From contig CP068257.2 in the NCBI GenBank assembly GCA_009914755.4, positions 30,912,001-30,976,000 of the forward strand: a stretch of 64,000 nucleotides of DNA, in the 5' to 3' direction. Position numbers and translations under genes: made by a program. The notes beneath the pieces are model-generated. The model did no database searches. It saw only the letters and a program-made list of their open reading frames with translations, and was not told the DNA's origin. Positions 1 to 15,976 of this stretch are shown piece by piece. Each line of letters starts with the position of its first letter. Positions within the stretch are counted from its first letter, which is position 1. Source of the stretch: the human T2T-CHM13v2.0 reference genome, Homo sapiens.

Positions 1-1444
1 AAATTATTTCAAACTAAAAAGTTTTGTAGAATAGGTAGAGTTGCAAATAATTTGGTGAGAGGTGCAGATGGAGGTATCTCTTATCTGTGAGGCAATAAGT
101 CAAGTAAATTGCTGAGAAAAATGTGGGTGGGAGAAAATGGCACAGAGGGCCTTTGTCATGACTTGCCTGAAGGTCGATACTGCATTAGAAAAAAATTATC
201 CAAAAATGACCACACTGTGCTATAATGGTGCCATGTCTCCATGTATCTGCCACATCTGCATTCTCTGGGCTTGCTGTAGTGATGGGAGGGATTCAAATCC
301 TCCTCTTCAGCAAAAGAAGTTTCTGGATGGATGGTCTGAGACAAGAAGGGATGTCCTTTCCCCGGGCTGCGCACGGATTCCAATGCCCCACTAAATGATG
401 CTAACAGGCATCATCTCTGGCCACTGAAGCCCAGGCTCTTAAGTTTAATCATAAAACGCTTTGGTCTCATGGGCTGCAAACCACCAAGATAGAACTAAGA
501 TTGATAAGAAAAATATACTGTTTACTCAAAACAGGTGTATACCAGCCTACATATTTATAATGTCCTATTATACGGTTGTACAGTTCATATCCTCAATAAT
601 TCAGTAGGTATCTCGCTAACATCTATTTGAAATCCCCCCCAGAATAACATTTAGCAATAGCTTCCTGATCTCTTTAGAATGGTGTCCTTATTTTTCTTAA
701 ACATTTGATATGTTACACCACCCAGGTGGAAAATAGAACACAGAGTGTAGGATACACACTTACTCACCATAAAAACAACCATACTGTAACACCAAAATAT
801 ATTTATCCAATTGGTCAAGGAAATTGAATTTAACATATGCTGTTATCGTACAAGCATTTTTAATGAAATAACATTTTGTATGTATATAGCACCTTTCTAC
901 TAAGGAGCAAAAATATGGCTCAGACATTATTACTCATTTTCACACTATCCTCGACAGGTGGATAAGTAGCAACATTTATACCAAGTTTTAATCACTGGGA
1001 AACAAAGACATGCATAAAGAGAGCAAATAAACCACAAATGGTAACCCAGAAAGTTGGCATTTTCCACCCCCCAATGCCCACTGTGGTCCCCTCACTCTTT
1101 TTTTTTCTGCAATATTAAAAGCTACTTTGAATATTGGTGGAAAAAAAATAGAGGAACAGTAGAGTGATGAAACAGGTATATACCAGCCTCCTCAGGAAAC
1201 TGATGGTGGAGCTTAGACTGGAAACTGTTGAAAGTTAAAAATAATTCCCAAACCTTGACCATCTACTTGGACAAATTTGATGTGTACCAGGGACAAATGA
1301 AAGTATCCTTCCAAAATACGTCCCAAATTATTGTCAAGCCTTTCTGTAATAAAGGTCCATTCCTCAAGCTGCTGTCACATAATGTGCAGGTGATCAACAG
1401 CAAATCCATTAGCAACACAGGATAAAGAAATTTGTGTAGCCCCA

Positions 1445-1870
1445 ATAGCAAAGACTTGGAACCAACCCAAATGTCCAACAATGGTAGACTGGATTAAGAA
1501 AATGTGGCACATATACACCATGGAATACTATGCAGCCATAAAAAATGATGAGTTCATGTCCTTTGTAGGGACATGGATGAAGCTGGAAACCATCATTCTC
1601 AGCAAACTATCACAAGGACAAAAAACCAAACACCGCATGTTCTCACTCATAGGTGGGAACTGAACAATGAGAACACATGGACACGGGAAGGGGAACATCA
1701 CACACCTGGGCCTGTTGTGGGGTGGGGGGAGGGGGGAGGGATAGCATTAGGAGATATACCTAATTTTAGATGACGAGTTAATGGGTGCAGCACACCAACA
1801 TGGCACATGTAACAAACCTGCACGTTGTGCACATGTACCCTAAAACTTAAAGTATAATTAAAAAAAAAAA
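1445..1870 (+). mobile_element. 5'-truncated L1 (L1PA-type) covering the ORF2 3' end, the 3' UTR and the poly(A). It has a 19-bp target-site duplication.
   Basis: The sequence CAATAGCAAAGACTTGGAACCAACCCAAATGTCCAACAATGGTAGACTGGATTAAGAAAATGTGGCACATATACACCATGGAATACTATGCAGCCATAAAAAATGATGAGTTCATGTCCTTTGTAGGGACATGGATGAAGCTGG... matches the L1 3' end. The TSD AAGAAATTTGTGTAGCCCA is at 1426-1444 and at 1871-1889, after an A13 tail. Confidence 0.85.
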
Positions 1871-3239
1871 AAGAAATTTGTGTAGCCCAGAAACTCTTGC
1901 ATAAAACATAACTTCAACAAGACAGTAGTACATTTTGGATGATGCATTCCTGAGGAGCTCTTTAAAAATTCATTCAAGGAAATAAAAAAAAAAGTCTCTT
2001 TAATGATAAATGCAAATTACAGGCATAGTTGGAGCCTAAAATTATGTCTTGAATAGGAAAATTACCAGAGGATGAATTCCTTAAGAGCACGACTGTCTTT
2101 CAAGAGTTTCTAATATATTTAATCTCCAGTAAACTCTAGGATATCCAAAGGTGTAGTACCCTTTTTTTTTCCAGAATATGCAGTGTCTGAGAAACTTGTA
2201 TCACATCTATCCATGCATTCAACTAATGTCAGCAAAACTAGATGACAAATCATACATAAAGGGAAGGATGAAAATATTTTGTTGTAAACTTCTGAGACAT
2301 AGGGATAAGGAAAGGAAGTTACATAATATTCTAATAACAAATTTCAATAATGTGAAAAAAGAAAAATAACAGCCAACACTTATGAAGTACTTCTATGCAC
2401 TAGTATGGGTAACGGCGCCAGGCACAATACATGCGTTATCTCATTTCCTCATCACAAGCTTCCTTTGAGATATACCCATTTTATAGACTTAGATTAAGAT
2501 GCTTGTCAGAGGTCAGGGTACAAGCAGCTGTCTGACTCCAAACCCTTTATGGAGGCTGCCTGGCTTTTTCTCTAGCTCTTCACTTCTTAATTAGTGCAGA
2601 GAATCAAGTCTTGCCTTTCATTTCTTCCCCTGCACTGAAGAAAAATCTAAAAGTCATCCTTTTGTAACATTGAAAACTTGGAATAAAAAATTCATTAAAA
2701 TATTATCTATAGAAACACTCCCAAAGCCTCATAGCAAGAAATTCAGATAAAAGCACATATTTTCACTACTTTAATGTGCATGAGTTTAAACTCCATGACT
2801 GTTATTTTTATCTTCATCATTCCCTATTTGACTGATTTTTAACCTATCATGTTACACCATGGAGTGGCAAATACTATCAAGGAATCAAAAAAAGCAACTC
2901 CTTCAATAATCTAATTTATAGGAAATAGAGTAAATTACAATGATGCCTCTTTAATCTAATTAATTAGCTAATTGATTAATTTAATTAGTTAATTAACTAA
3001 TGTCCCTGATGGGCAAAGTTTTCTTAACCAGAGAGCTTCCTGGCCCACACAAGAAAGGAAAAATTAATGATCCATCAGCTGTTTCTGAACTTCAGGATAG
3101 TTGGAGGCCCAGCTTCAGGGATCACGTCTTCTGTGAGGTCACAAAGGAAATTACGCCTTCAAGAATGCACTGTTCAAGCCATATCCTTGACTCCGATGAA
3201 TCAATCAGGAAAGGGCTATTGTTATAAATAAGCAAATGA

Positions 3240-3635
<396 letters not shown>

Positions 3636-6202
3636 TGAGGACTAAGACCCCCTCCTTCCCAGGGCCCAAAGCAAGAAAATGGGATGGAGAGGCCCATCTC
3701 CAAAGATCTTACCCTTGGAATAAGGGTCTTTTTCCCACACCTCCTTGACATCTATTCCCCCTGGGCTGTTTTTATTTTCCTAACCCACACTCCATCAGCT
3801 TTAAGCACTAAAGAACTTTTTGGCCACCTCAGGACAAAAATTTGTTACAAAAATCACCTCCTAAATCGAATGAGCTCAGCCTCACTAAGTAAATCAGGCT
3901 TTGGACAGGCTCCGCTTCCTGTTGGTTGTTCATACATTTGTGTTGCTCAAGTCTTCATCTTAGAACCCAACCCCGCCTTGCTGGATTCCTGATGGAATTT
4001 CTCTTTGCACCTGAACAATTCTTCAGGCATCTTCTCCTTTTAATTTTGAAGAATGTGATACCTTTCTGTCAGAAAAGGTATCCAGGTCTTAGATTCACAC
4101 TCAAGCCATGAATAATACTCTTCTGGGCATACATAAATACACGATTTTCCCAAATTCTCCTTCTCCTAGCACAGAGACCAAAGCCTTCTTCCTTCCCTTT
4201 CCCTAGCCTTCTTTCAAATTCTCACCTTTCCTGGCATTTGTTTACTTGCTCAACCTTCTAACAAACATTTATTTAACAAACATCTGCTATGATCCAGGCA
4301 CTGAACTAAGTGACACAAAGGTGAGTAAGACACAGTCCTTGCCGTAAGAAGTTCATGCTCTTATGAAGCAGACCAGTTATCAGACCATTACAGTGCATGG
4401 TGGAAGGGCAGAGATAGCGTTAAGCCCAGGACATTATAGGGCCCCTCAAAAAGAGCCAAGTCACCCCACTGGGGACCCTGTCTGTTTCCCCTCACTCTTC
4501 AGGTTCTAGGTGTTTTCAGAGTTGTGTTTCTTTAAAGTGTTTAAATAGTTTCCTTTCTAGCAACCTCCCCCATGGATAACGACGTAGACCTTCCCAACTC
4601 CCAATCTGAATCATTGTATTACTTCCAGGCCAGCGACTCATATATTCCTAGACTCATCAACTTCTCATCATCCGTACTACCACAAACATCAGAATATCTA
4701 AAACCCCTAGAGTCCAATCCACTCCAGTCCATGTTTGAGTTTTCCAAATCCACATGTCATTTGAAGGTGAATTTTCCATGCATTGTGTTTTGAAATCAAC
4801 AGACATATACTTAATCCTTTTGCCTCAGTTTCTGATCATCATAAAGACAGGAAAAACAGAAATCCTCAGTTCATTTTAATTCTCTTAGTCCTCAACGTGA
4901 TATTCGTTCACATCCTTCATGACTGGCCTCTCTTTTACCTATCTGGTTTTGAATTACATTGGCTAACTTCAGAAAAGTCATCGTTACTAAATTGTCTCTG
5001 AAAGAAAGTAATTGAGGCAGAAGATATATGCAGTTCTTCAGCAATTGTTTGAGCTGCACTGTCAGTGTAGAAATAAGCAGCCTAATAAGAGGTCAGATAC
5101 GTGGGTTTTAAAAGCCTATTTATCATACAGTATTCAAACCCTTTAATCATTTTATAAGCCTCACATTAAATGTCAGTTGTCATTCTTTTTCCCATCATGA
5201 TTACTTAACAAACCAAAATACCATTATGTTGTTCCTTTTCTAGAAAAAAAAAATGCTTCAACGTGAAAGAAATAAAGCTACAGAGAGACAGGGCTGGCGC
5301 AGGGGATCTGGACCTAGAGAACCAGCTTCAAATTCTGCTCCACAACCTATTTATTGTGTGATTTGAAGCCAATTATTTAAGTTCTTTGAGCTTCAGTCCC
5401 TTGATCTATTCAAGGAAGATAATAATAATCTCTGCCTTACAGTGTTTTCAAGGGTGAGTCCACACCCATCCTTGAGTGAATCATCACCTTGGTGGGCTCC
5501 ATGGCACCCTCCTCCCCCACCCCACCCCCGGCCGGCCCTCCTTTCTGAAGCAGCCTCTCCCACCCTGAGGTGCCCCACCCTCCAAGTTTCCTGCTGCTCT
5601 GGGCACTCCTACATCTCTGCACCATGGCCCACACACACCGGAGTCCTGGCATCTCAGTCCTAGTCTTCATTCTTATTTAGTAGCCTCTCTTTAAGATGGT
5701 TCATCCACACTGGCAGCTTCCATTTTCAGATGCCTCCAATCTTTCATTTGAATATCAGACCTTTATAGGCAACTATTCACACCATACCTTCTTTTGGGGG
5801 GTATCTCCCACTCAACAGGTCTAAATGAAGTTTGAGTCCTCTCCTAAATCTAGCGGGCTTCCCATGTTCTTATTCTCAGCTAGTGGCACTGCCACTCATC
5901 CAGCTGTGCGAGCCAGACACCCAAAGAGTCATCCCAGACCCCTCACCTGCTCCCCAACCCCAGCCATCACAAGCCCTGTCCATTCTCCCTCCTAAAGAGC
6001 TCAGAAATATGCCTTCAGAACTACGTCTTCATTGGACCACCCCGGTCTGAGGTACAACCCACCTATTTCCTAAACCATCCCATCGTACTCACTGCCGTGC
6101 CCCAGCAGAGCGCCCTTCTCAATGCACAGATGTTGTGGTGTCATTTCCCTACTTCTGTCCTCTCACAGCTCTGCATTGCTCTTTGGGTCAAAAATAAAAT
6201 CT

Positions 6203-7379
<1,177 letters not shown>

Positions 7380-10194
7380 TAAAATCCTTAAGGAGATGTA
7401 CACGACCCCACAGGACCTGACCCTGGCTCCCGGCCAGCCTCACCTCCCATGGCTTTCCTGCCCCTGTATTACCTCACTTCCTTCCCCTTTAGCCATCCTT
7501 CGGGCCTCAGTTCAAGTTCACATCTTCAGGATGGTAGTCTACGACCCCTTATACCAGTTGAGACCATCTTTTAGGCATTCCTACCTCACCACTTGATTTT
7601 CTTTCAGGGTATTTAGTACATTTGCTGTTGTAAGATAACGTGGGCCTTTTCATCAATGGCAGTCTCCCGTGCTAGAATACATAATCCAGTACTGCAGGAC
7701 ATAGCTATATATTGCTTATCCATGAATTCCCAGTGGCAAAGCCCCAGTAGAATTTCAATACATATATATTTATTAAAAAGTGATTTATTAATTACTTTTT
7801 AAATTAATTAATATTGAGGTGCACCAGCAACATAGTTAAAACTCCTCATTCCCCAAACTACTCAGATCCATTTCTGGCTCTGCCACATACTGGTTTTGTG
7901 ACTTTGGGGAAGTTATCTTATCGTTATCCCTGACACTTCCTCTCCAAAATTGAGTAGCTTGCATAGGAAAGTCAAGAAGACAAAAGTTAGCCTCCCAGCA
8001 ACTAGCTAAACAAAACCCACTTTTCAGTCAAAACCAAGAATACCTATTTAATGATAATAATAAAAAAGAAGAAACCATGCTCCTAGTACACATTAATTCA
8101 TCAAAGGATAATAAAGAAGAAAAAGAGGAGTCACAGCCACTTGTGCTCTGCTAATAAGTAACAGTCTTGCCAAGACCTTAGGAGGACAACATCAGCCAGC
8201 ACCCATTTTCAATACAGGTGACTTGGTGGACCTTTGTTTCCCATCAAGTCCCTTTCCTCTAGCACCCAAGCACCCCTGCAGCCCACCCCTGACACAGCCT
8301 GGTAGCAGGTGCTTCTCCTGCAAGGGAAACAGCCAGGCCCTGTGCCCCATATGCAATGAACAAGGCAGGGCTCTGCCCCTCTCCTGCAAGCAATCAACAC
8401 AGGCCCTGAAGCATGAGATTTAATTGCTTGTTCATTATTTTAGCTTGCAGGGGCTACAAGGAAGTATGGCATTTCTGAGCACACCATCCGAGGGAACCCT
8501 GGGAGCTGTCAGATTAAAAAATAACAACAGAAACGAGAAAGGAGCCTCTCTTTAGCCAAATGGCTTCAGGTGCCCGTGACTCAATGCAAGGGCCCCCATC
8601 AAAACCCATGGCAGCCCCTCTCTGTTTGTCCTGCCCTTTTCAATTCTGTCTGAGTGGGGAGGAGAATGCCACAAAGAGACGAGAATTTGAACTCGCAGCC
8701 CCTGAGTGCACCAATGCCCTTTTTCTGCCTGATTGTATACTTGAAGTGCCTGTAAAGTCAATAACTTCCCATGGTTTCACAGCAAAGTCAAAAGGTTAAA
8801 AAAGAGACATTGTCCTTTTGAAGATGTGGAAAGTAATGAGTGAGCAGGCTGAATCCTCTGTGGGTTTAAAAGCCTGTGCCATTCTGCTTTAAGGTGTCAA
8901 AATTGCCTTAAATTTTTAGCTTTGTTATACCCTGCTGCTACACAGATATCATAGAACCAGGCTGAGTCTCTCAATTTGGAGATCATTTTTTCTCTCTAAA
9001 AACTTGTTGAAATATATATGTTAGCACAGACATTTTCTTAACATTTTCTGTTCAAAATATAGTATTTTTTCAGATGCATCTTAAGAGATCAGAATAGTCA
9101 AACAGTAGATCTCTTTTTGAAAAAAAAAATTGTATACCATCTTCAAGTTTTAAGCACAAAGGTTACAGCTAGTCCTCCTCCCCTATTTTATTTCCACTGT
9201 TGGAGCAGATTTGACCTCGTCTCTCTAAAGGCAGAAAACTTCAACAAAGGTGAGAGGACTATTTAAAGCGATGAAAAAGATTCTGAATGAAGGATTTTGC
9301 CCTGGATGAAGCCTGAAAGAAATGCAGTGCTTAGGAAGTGGATAAAAGTCAATAGCAACAATTCTTGGCTTTGGATGAAAACTTGAAGGTGCACTTTTCC
9401 CCAGTGATATGAAAAACAAGAAAATAAAAACAACCAACCAGAGACCCGTAACTCTTCTGGTTCTGTGGCGTCTGTACATTCATGTGATAGAAACTTACTA
9501 AATCCCAAAGGGTCCCTGGCAAAGCCCAGGCTCCGTGATGGGCTGAGAGCCCTGCCACTGCACCAGGAGAAAAGGAGTCACTAGGCTTCGGATGGGGAAG
9601 AGAAAAGCCTCTTTCCTCCCTCCCATTCCAAAAGAGAAGAAAAAACCTGGACAGCCAGATACAAGCAGCCTTGAAAAATCACTCTAGAGGAGAAAAGACA
9701 GGAAGAATGTCATCGAGAAAGAAGGCCAGGAGAGGATGCCACAAAGGTGCTTTTTCTCCCTCCTCTCTTTCCACCTTTCCCATAGTCTCCTCTCCACCTA
9801 AACGACCCCCAATCAACTCTCTCCAGATTCTACTCTCCCACCGGAGCCTGACTGACACATTTTCCAAAAGCAGGTTAAAAAAAGCAAGGGTCTCAGGCTC
9901 CGTCACATCCAACTCATTCTTATGTGCCAGGGAGATACAGAGCCACATTCTGTGTATCTGTTGGATTGTGAATTACCACTTGGGCATAGAGACTGGTCTC
10001 AACAGTGAGATTCCCCTCGTGTAGGAACCCTCATGCTTCAGCTAGGTGCTTACAGGTGAAGAGTTACTCAAAAATCATCATGTAGCAAATTTGGTTTCCA
10101 CACCTTAAATTAGAGAGACTCAGGCGTGCACCAAGGAAACGTCTAGCTATGCTCTTCTCCAGCCTCTCACCGGGCTGCAGGTCTTAGCTTTTAG

Positions 10195-10620
<426 letters not shown>

Positions 10621-11439
10621 AGAGGAAACAATTTCTTAATGGAAAGAATTTGTTATTAGTTTAGGCCACAAGCCTGAATCTTTGAAACAGCATGACTCAG
10701 ATAGTTCATCACTCAGAGAATTAAGGTTTTGCATCCCTCGGTTCTGAGTGAGGTTTTCTTCCTCTTTTGAGAAGAGCAGCATTAAATTACCAGAGCCATC
10801 TCATCGGTCATTCATTTAGTATTTACCACACCTACTATGTGCAAAAGGCAGTGGGAAGTAGAAAGATTAGAAAGAAAAACTCCTGCCATCCAAGGGGTTA
10901 ACAGCTTACAGATCTTAGAACCACACAACTTAGAAAAAAAAGTTTAAGATTATATAGAGAATCCAAGTGCTTTATTTCACAGATGAAGACATAAGACCCT
11001 GAACTATTCTATAACTCCTGTGGTAAACTACAGAGGCAATTCCCAAACCCAGGTCTGCTGACTCAAAGAAGGACTGTGCCTTTCCATTCTGTTCCTAACA
11101 GCTAAGAAACTCCTGCATCCCCAGATCCCAGAGGCTTATATGGTCTGGAAAGCTGGTGTCGTGGTCATCAGTCAAAAGCACTCACTGCATACGTACACCA
11201 TGGCCAGCACACACCTGGAGGTTTGGACACACACATTCACACACTTACATAATCCTCACAATAAGTGTTTGAGGCAAGAATTGGTATTCAGGATGTAAGC
11301 TTGAGAAGCTGGGGGGAGTGTTAAATAACCCATTCAAGGTTAAAGGGTCCCCGTGGTGAATTGAGGACTCAAAACTCAGTCTGTTCTCTGCCCCTACACA
11401 CCAGTAGCCTCGATTTCCAACTCGTTTGGTTATTCCTTG

Positions 11440-12140
11440 TTATAGACTGAATGCTGTGTCTCTCTCCCAAAATTCACATGTTAAAACCCTACTCCCCGAT
11501 GTGAGAATATCAGGAGGTGAGGCCTTTGGGGGTGATTAGGGTGAAGCCCTCATGGTGGGATTAGAGTCTTTGTTAGAAGAGACACAACAGAGATGATTGT
11601 TTCTCTTCAGCCATGTGAGGACAGGACAAGACGTCCATCTACGAACCAGAAAGAGGGATCTCACCAGACACCAAATCTGCTGCTGCCTTGATCTTGGACT
11701 TCCTAGCCTCCAGAACTATAAGAAATAAATGTTTGTGGCTGGGTGAGGTGGCTCACACCTGTAATACCAGCACTTTGAGAGGCTGAGGCGGGTGGATTAC
11801 TTGAGGTCAGGAGTTCGAGACCAGCCTGGCCAACACAGTGAAACCCCATCTCTAATAAAAATACAAAAATTAGCCAGGCATAGTGGCACATGCCTGTAAC
11901 TCCAGCTACTCGGGAGGCTGAGGCAGGAGAATCACTTGAATCCAGGAGGCCGGGGTTGCACTGAGCAGAGATCTCGCTACTCCACTCCAGCCTGGGCGAC
12001 AGAGTGAGACTCCGTCTCAAAAAAAAAAAGAAAAGAAAAAAAGAAAAAAAAAGAAATGTTTGTTGTTTGAGCCAGTCCATGATATTCTGCCATAGCAGGC
12101 CAAACTGACTCATATACTCCCTTTGTTTCATCTTCATGTA
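11440..12140 (+). mobile_element. Ancient interspersed repeat with MaLR/THE1-like LTR 3'-end architecture (...ccatgtgaggac...cttggacttcc.agcctccagaact.t.agaaataaatgtttgt|tgtttgagcca...). The family is not assigned. It is split by the Alu at 11737-12053.
   Basis: The recognisable consensus-like string continues exactly across the Alu insertion: AAATAAATGTTTGT before the Alu and AAATGTTTGTTGTTTGAGCCAGTCCATGATATTCTGCCATAGCAGGCCAAACTGACT after it. Confidence 0.45.
11737..12053 (+). mobile_element. Full-length Alu on the plus strand, inserted into the older repeat at 11440-12140. Its TSD is AAATGTTTGT.
   Basis: ggctgggtgaggtggctcacacctgtaataccagcactttgagaggctgaggcgggtggattacttgaggtcaggagttcgagaccagcctggccaac... 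followed by an A-rich tail. AAATGTTTGT is present at 11727-11736 and at 12054-12063. Confidence 0.9.
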
Positions 12141-12442
12141 TTTCTGGCATCCTGGTTTGTAACAAATAATGGAATCTTAGAATTTTAGAAATTGAAATGT
12201 TCTCAGAGACCATGTGGTCCAGATCTCTCATTTTACAGGTGAGGCAAGTGGTCCAGTGACTCATCTGTGCTCACTGCATGAGAGCCATGCAAGCTCTAGA
12301 GAGCACACACAGAGTGAGAGAGACAAGCCGAGATCCTGTCCCCGTAGGCACTAGTGTATCCATGGTTTGGTACAACATTGGGTGTCATCCTGGTTGTCCC
12401 AAGCCTCAGCAGCCGGTGGATGTCAATAAGGTCACATTATTA

Positions 12443-12767
<325 letters not shown>

Positions 12768-13354
12768 GAATGAATAAACAAGTAACTAACTTGATGTAGG
12801 AGCCATACATATGCATCTGTCTACTACAGAGCCTCCCGCCCCTCTCCAAGTCCTCACCTTGGTTTTCTGGAGTCCCGTGGTCTGTCTCACAACCACCCTT
12901 ATATGTACTCAACACCCCAGACGTCATTTGAGTGTTTTCCTCAATCATGACCATAGCTGCTCAGACCTTCTCTGTCAGCATCTGCTTCCCCTGAAAAGAT
13001 TTCTTTCTCATGCCTTTCTGTCTGTGTCCACAGTGTCTCAATTGAAGGTCCTTGGTCTTCAAGGAACCAAGACTACACTGAGATCCATTCTTGGGAAGTG
13101 CCTCTCCTTCAACCTCCGGTACCACTCATCCATAAACACCAACACTATTTGCCTCTTTGTGTATCATAAAGTCCCTCATTGAAACAGCCCCTTAAACTCC
13201 AGTCTGGAAAACAAACCCACTGGGCTACAATAAGAACCAATTTTAGACACAGACATCCTCCCACTTCCTCTTGACCCCAGGTATTCTCTGCCAAACTACA
13301 ATTCCTCCAGGAAATCAGCATCTAGCAGCACCCCCACCAACCCATGGAGGTTTG

Positions 13355-13455
13355 TTTTGTTTTGTTTTTTGAGACAGGTCTCACTCTGTCACCCAGGCTA
13401 GAGTGCAGTGGTACAACCACAGCTCACTGCAGCCTGACCTCCCCGGGCTCACGTG
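13355..13455 (-). mobile_element. Partial Alu (right-arm fragment) on the minus strand.
   Basis: tttgttttgttttgttttttgagacaggtctcactctgtcacccaggctagagtgcagtggtacaaccacagctcactgcagcctgacctccccgggctcacgtgatc. Confidence 0.7.
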
Positions 13456-14145
13456 ATCATCCATGAGGCAGTTTGAAGAGATCTGAAGCCCAAGATAGAC
13501 TCAGGCTGGAATTCCCACTATATACAGGTCACTAGATTTAATTTAAATGTGTCTTAAATTTCACAAATGATGCAACAGAATGAAAGATGTAATTCAACAA
13601 AACTTGTCCAAGAAGGTCCTTGGTATTTTCTCTCTTCTGGAAATCATCGATGAAAAAGCATGTTATATGAGCTAGCAGAACTCAGTCAGTTAAGGGAAAA
13701 AAGGTCATTTAATTGCACAATAAGAAGCATAATGTGGGCAGAAAAGAACTCCCTGTTTATTGCATATGTCAAATTATTTAGGTATCTATGAGAGAAAGGT
13801 GGATGTACCAAAAACCTAGGCTATGTGTAATCATTGAAATTGAGTATCAGATTGCACTCTATGCTTCCTGGAAGCCAAGGTAAAAAGTAAAATAGGTAAG
13901 TTATATAGTTCTCCACTATTATTCATCTCATAGAGTAACACAGCGTCTGGTCTGGTCTAACAGCCAAAAGCCTATCATCACAAAAAGAAATGAATTAATT
14001 GCCTGGGTCTCTAAATAAAGGGAATAAATCACCCTAGACAACAAGGTCTTGGAGGGCCTCATCTGGGTGGTCTCTACCACATGCCCCGCAACAGTTTTCC
14101 ATATGCCCCGCAACAGTTTTCCATAATAGAAACAGATTTCATCTG

Positions 14146-14493
<348 letters not shown>

Positions 14494-15916
14494 TGAGAAG
14501 GTGTTTTTACAAAGACCTCCTGTTCTGAACACTGCTCATTCTGCCTCTGATGAGCCCAGCTTCCTGGATGGACCACACATGCTACCAGGCATGGCTTATG
14601 ATACCCTTGAGCCTGGTTTATGATGACCCTTGGTGTTCATTTTCCTCATCATTTTCAGCCTGGGCCAGCTTGTCTCTCTTGGACATACGAAGGTGCCTTG
14701 TTAACCTCTTTTTACCCTCTCCCATAGCCAGTGCACAAAAAATACTTGGATCTCGGGTCATTGTTCCCTGACCATAGGCTTTGTTGAGATTAGAAATAAC
14801 TGGTTCTTTCAAAGAGAATGCCTGCATTAACCAAGTATATTCTAAAGATATGTAGCAAATGCTACATTTGTAATCATCATAAAGCTGAAAGGAAAAAGAA
14901 ACACTGCAAACATACTGAAACAATTAAGCAATGTTCGTTCCTGACTTTGGGCTGGGAAGAATATTCTTTGTGCACCGTATAGTCGGTAAGACAACATTCT
15001 GAGGCCCACGTTTTAGTTAGTTACCAACTCCTAGAAGCCAATGGAAAATCACAGTCTTTGATGTGTAAAATAACTGAGAAAAAGGGTGTAGAGCCTTATA
15101 AAATACCTGAGCTTCATCTGGACCAGCCAGGAGCAAGACTTGAAATCCTCTTACTGAGGAAAATGAAGGAATGCACACTTGCCTTTTGAGGCACAAAATA
15201 AAAGAAACCTATAAAATTTGTGTGGCACAGTGTCCCAGAAATCAATTATGTAATTCTTAGAGCAAAAACCTGCTTATAATCTGCTGTTTAACAAAATTTT
15301 TAAGGGTTATAAAAGGTTTATTAAAATCTTACCATACGGTCAAACTGATTCAGATTAAATACCTTTGTCTATAAGGTTTGATTAAGGTTTGGGTTTAACA
15401 TAAATAGTACATTAATGTAAAGGTGAAATTTGGCTTATTGGGTATAAAAATCATACAGGGAGCACTGCCAAATATGAAATGGTATTTGGCTTTCTTTGGG
15501 CTATAGTTGCATAAATATGTTATTGGTATGTGATCTGAAATAATGGGAAACTCCTATAATTCTGACATGACTTAGTGTATGTTATTAATAATTATAAGAA
15601 AAACCTGTTGTACTTTTATTCCAATGTTCAATTTATCGAAAAACTGAATAATATCCCTTTAATTTTAGCCAATATGTTCACACAGATAATTTCTTCTATG
15701 AGATTAAGATTTCACAGACCTTTAACAACTTGCCTAAACCTTCAGCTTTATCCTAATTTAAAACAGTCCTTTAACTCTCTAAACTTAGGCAAGAAATCCA
15801 CATTCCCATGCCTTCTTATAATCTTTTACCAAAAGTACATTCTACTTCCCTCCCACACTTTGAAGGTAAAACTGTTTCTTCAGCAGTCTCAATTACATGT
15901 TACAATGTTAACTCTT

Positions 15917-15976
15917 TTTTTTTTTTTTTTTTTTTTTTTTGAGATGCAGTCTCGCTCTGTCGCCAGGCTGGAGTGC
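15917..15976 (-). mobile_element. Severely 5'-truncated Alu (about 45 bp of the Alu 3' end plus a 31-nt A-tail) with a perfect 16-bp TSD.
   Basis: T31 followed by gagatgcagtctcgctctgtcgccaggctggagtgca. TACAATGTTAACTCTT is present at 15901-15916 and at 15977-15992. Confidence 0.8.

Noticed and set aside
2940-3000. A TAAT-rich palindromic stretch (taatctaattaattagctaattgattaatttaattagttaattaactaatg).
   Set aside because: It could be read as a homeodomain-binding cluster, but it is better explained as simple AT-rich low-complexity or microsatellite-like sequence. There is no supporting context.
11703-12137. ORF-track ORF of 144 aa on the minus strand. Similar ORFs occur at 3324..3638, 10222..10560, 12440..12727, 14185..14496, 36970..37428, 46337..46786 and 58958..59260.
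   Set aside because: Each of these lies entirely within an Alu element. The peptides are the familiar Alu-derived translations ([16 protein letters not shown]..., [10 protein letters not shown]..., [15 protein letters not shown]) and do not represent genes.
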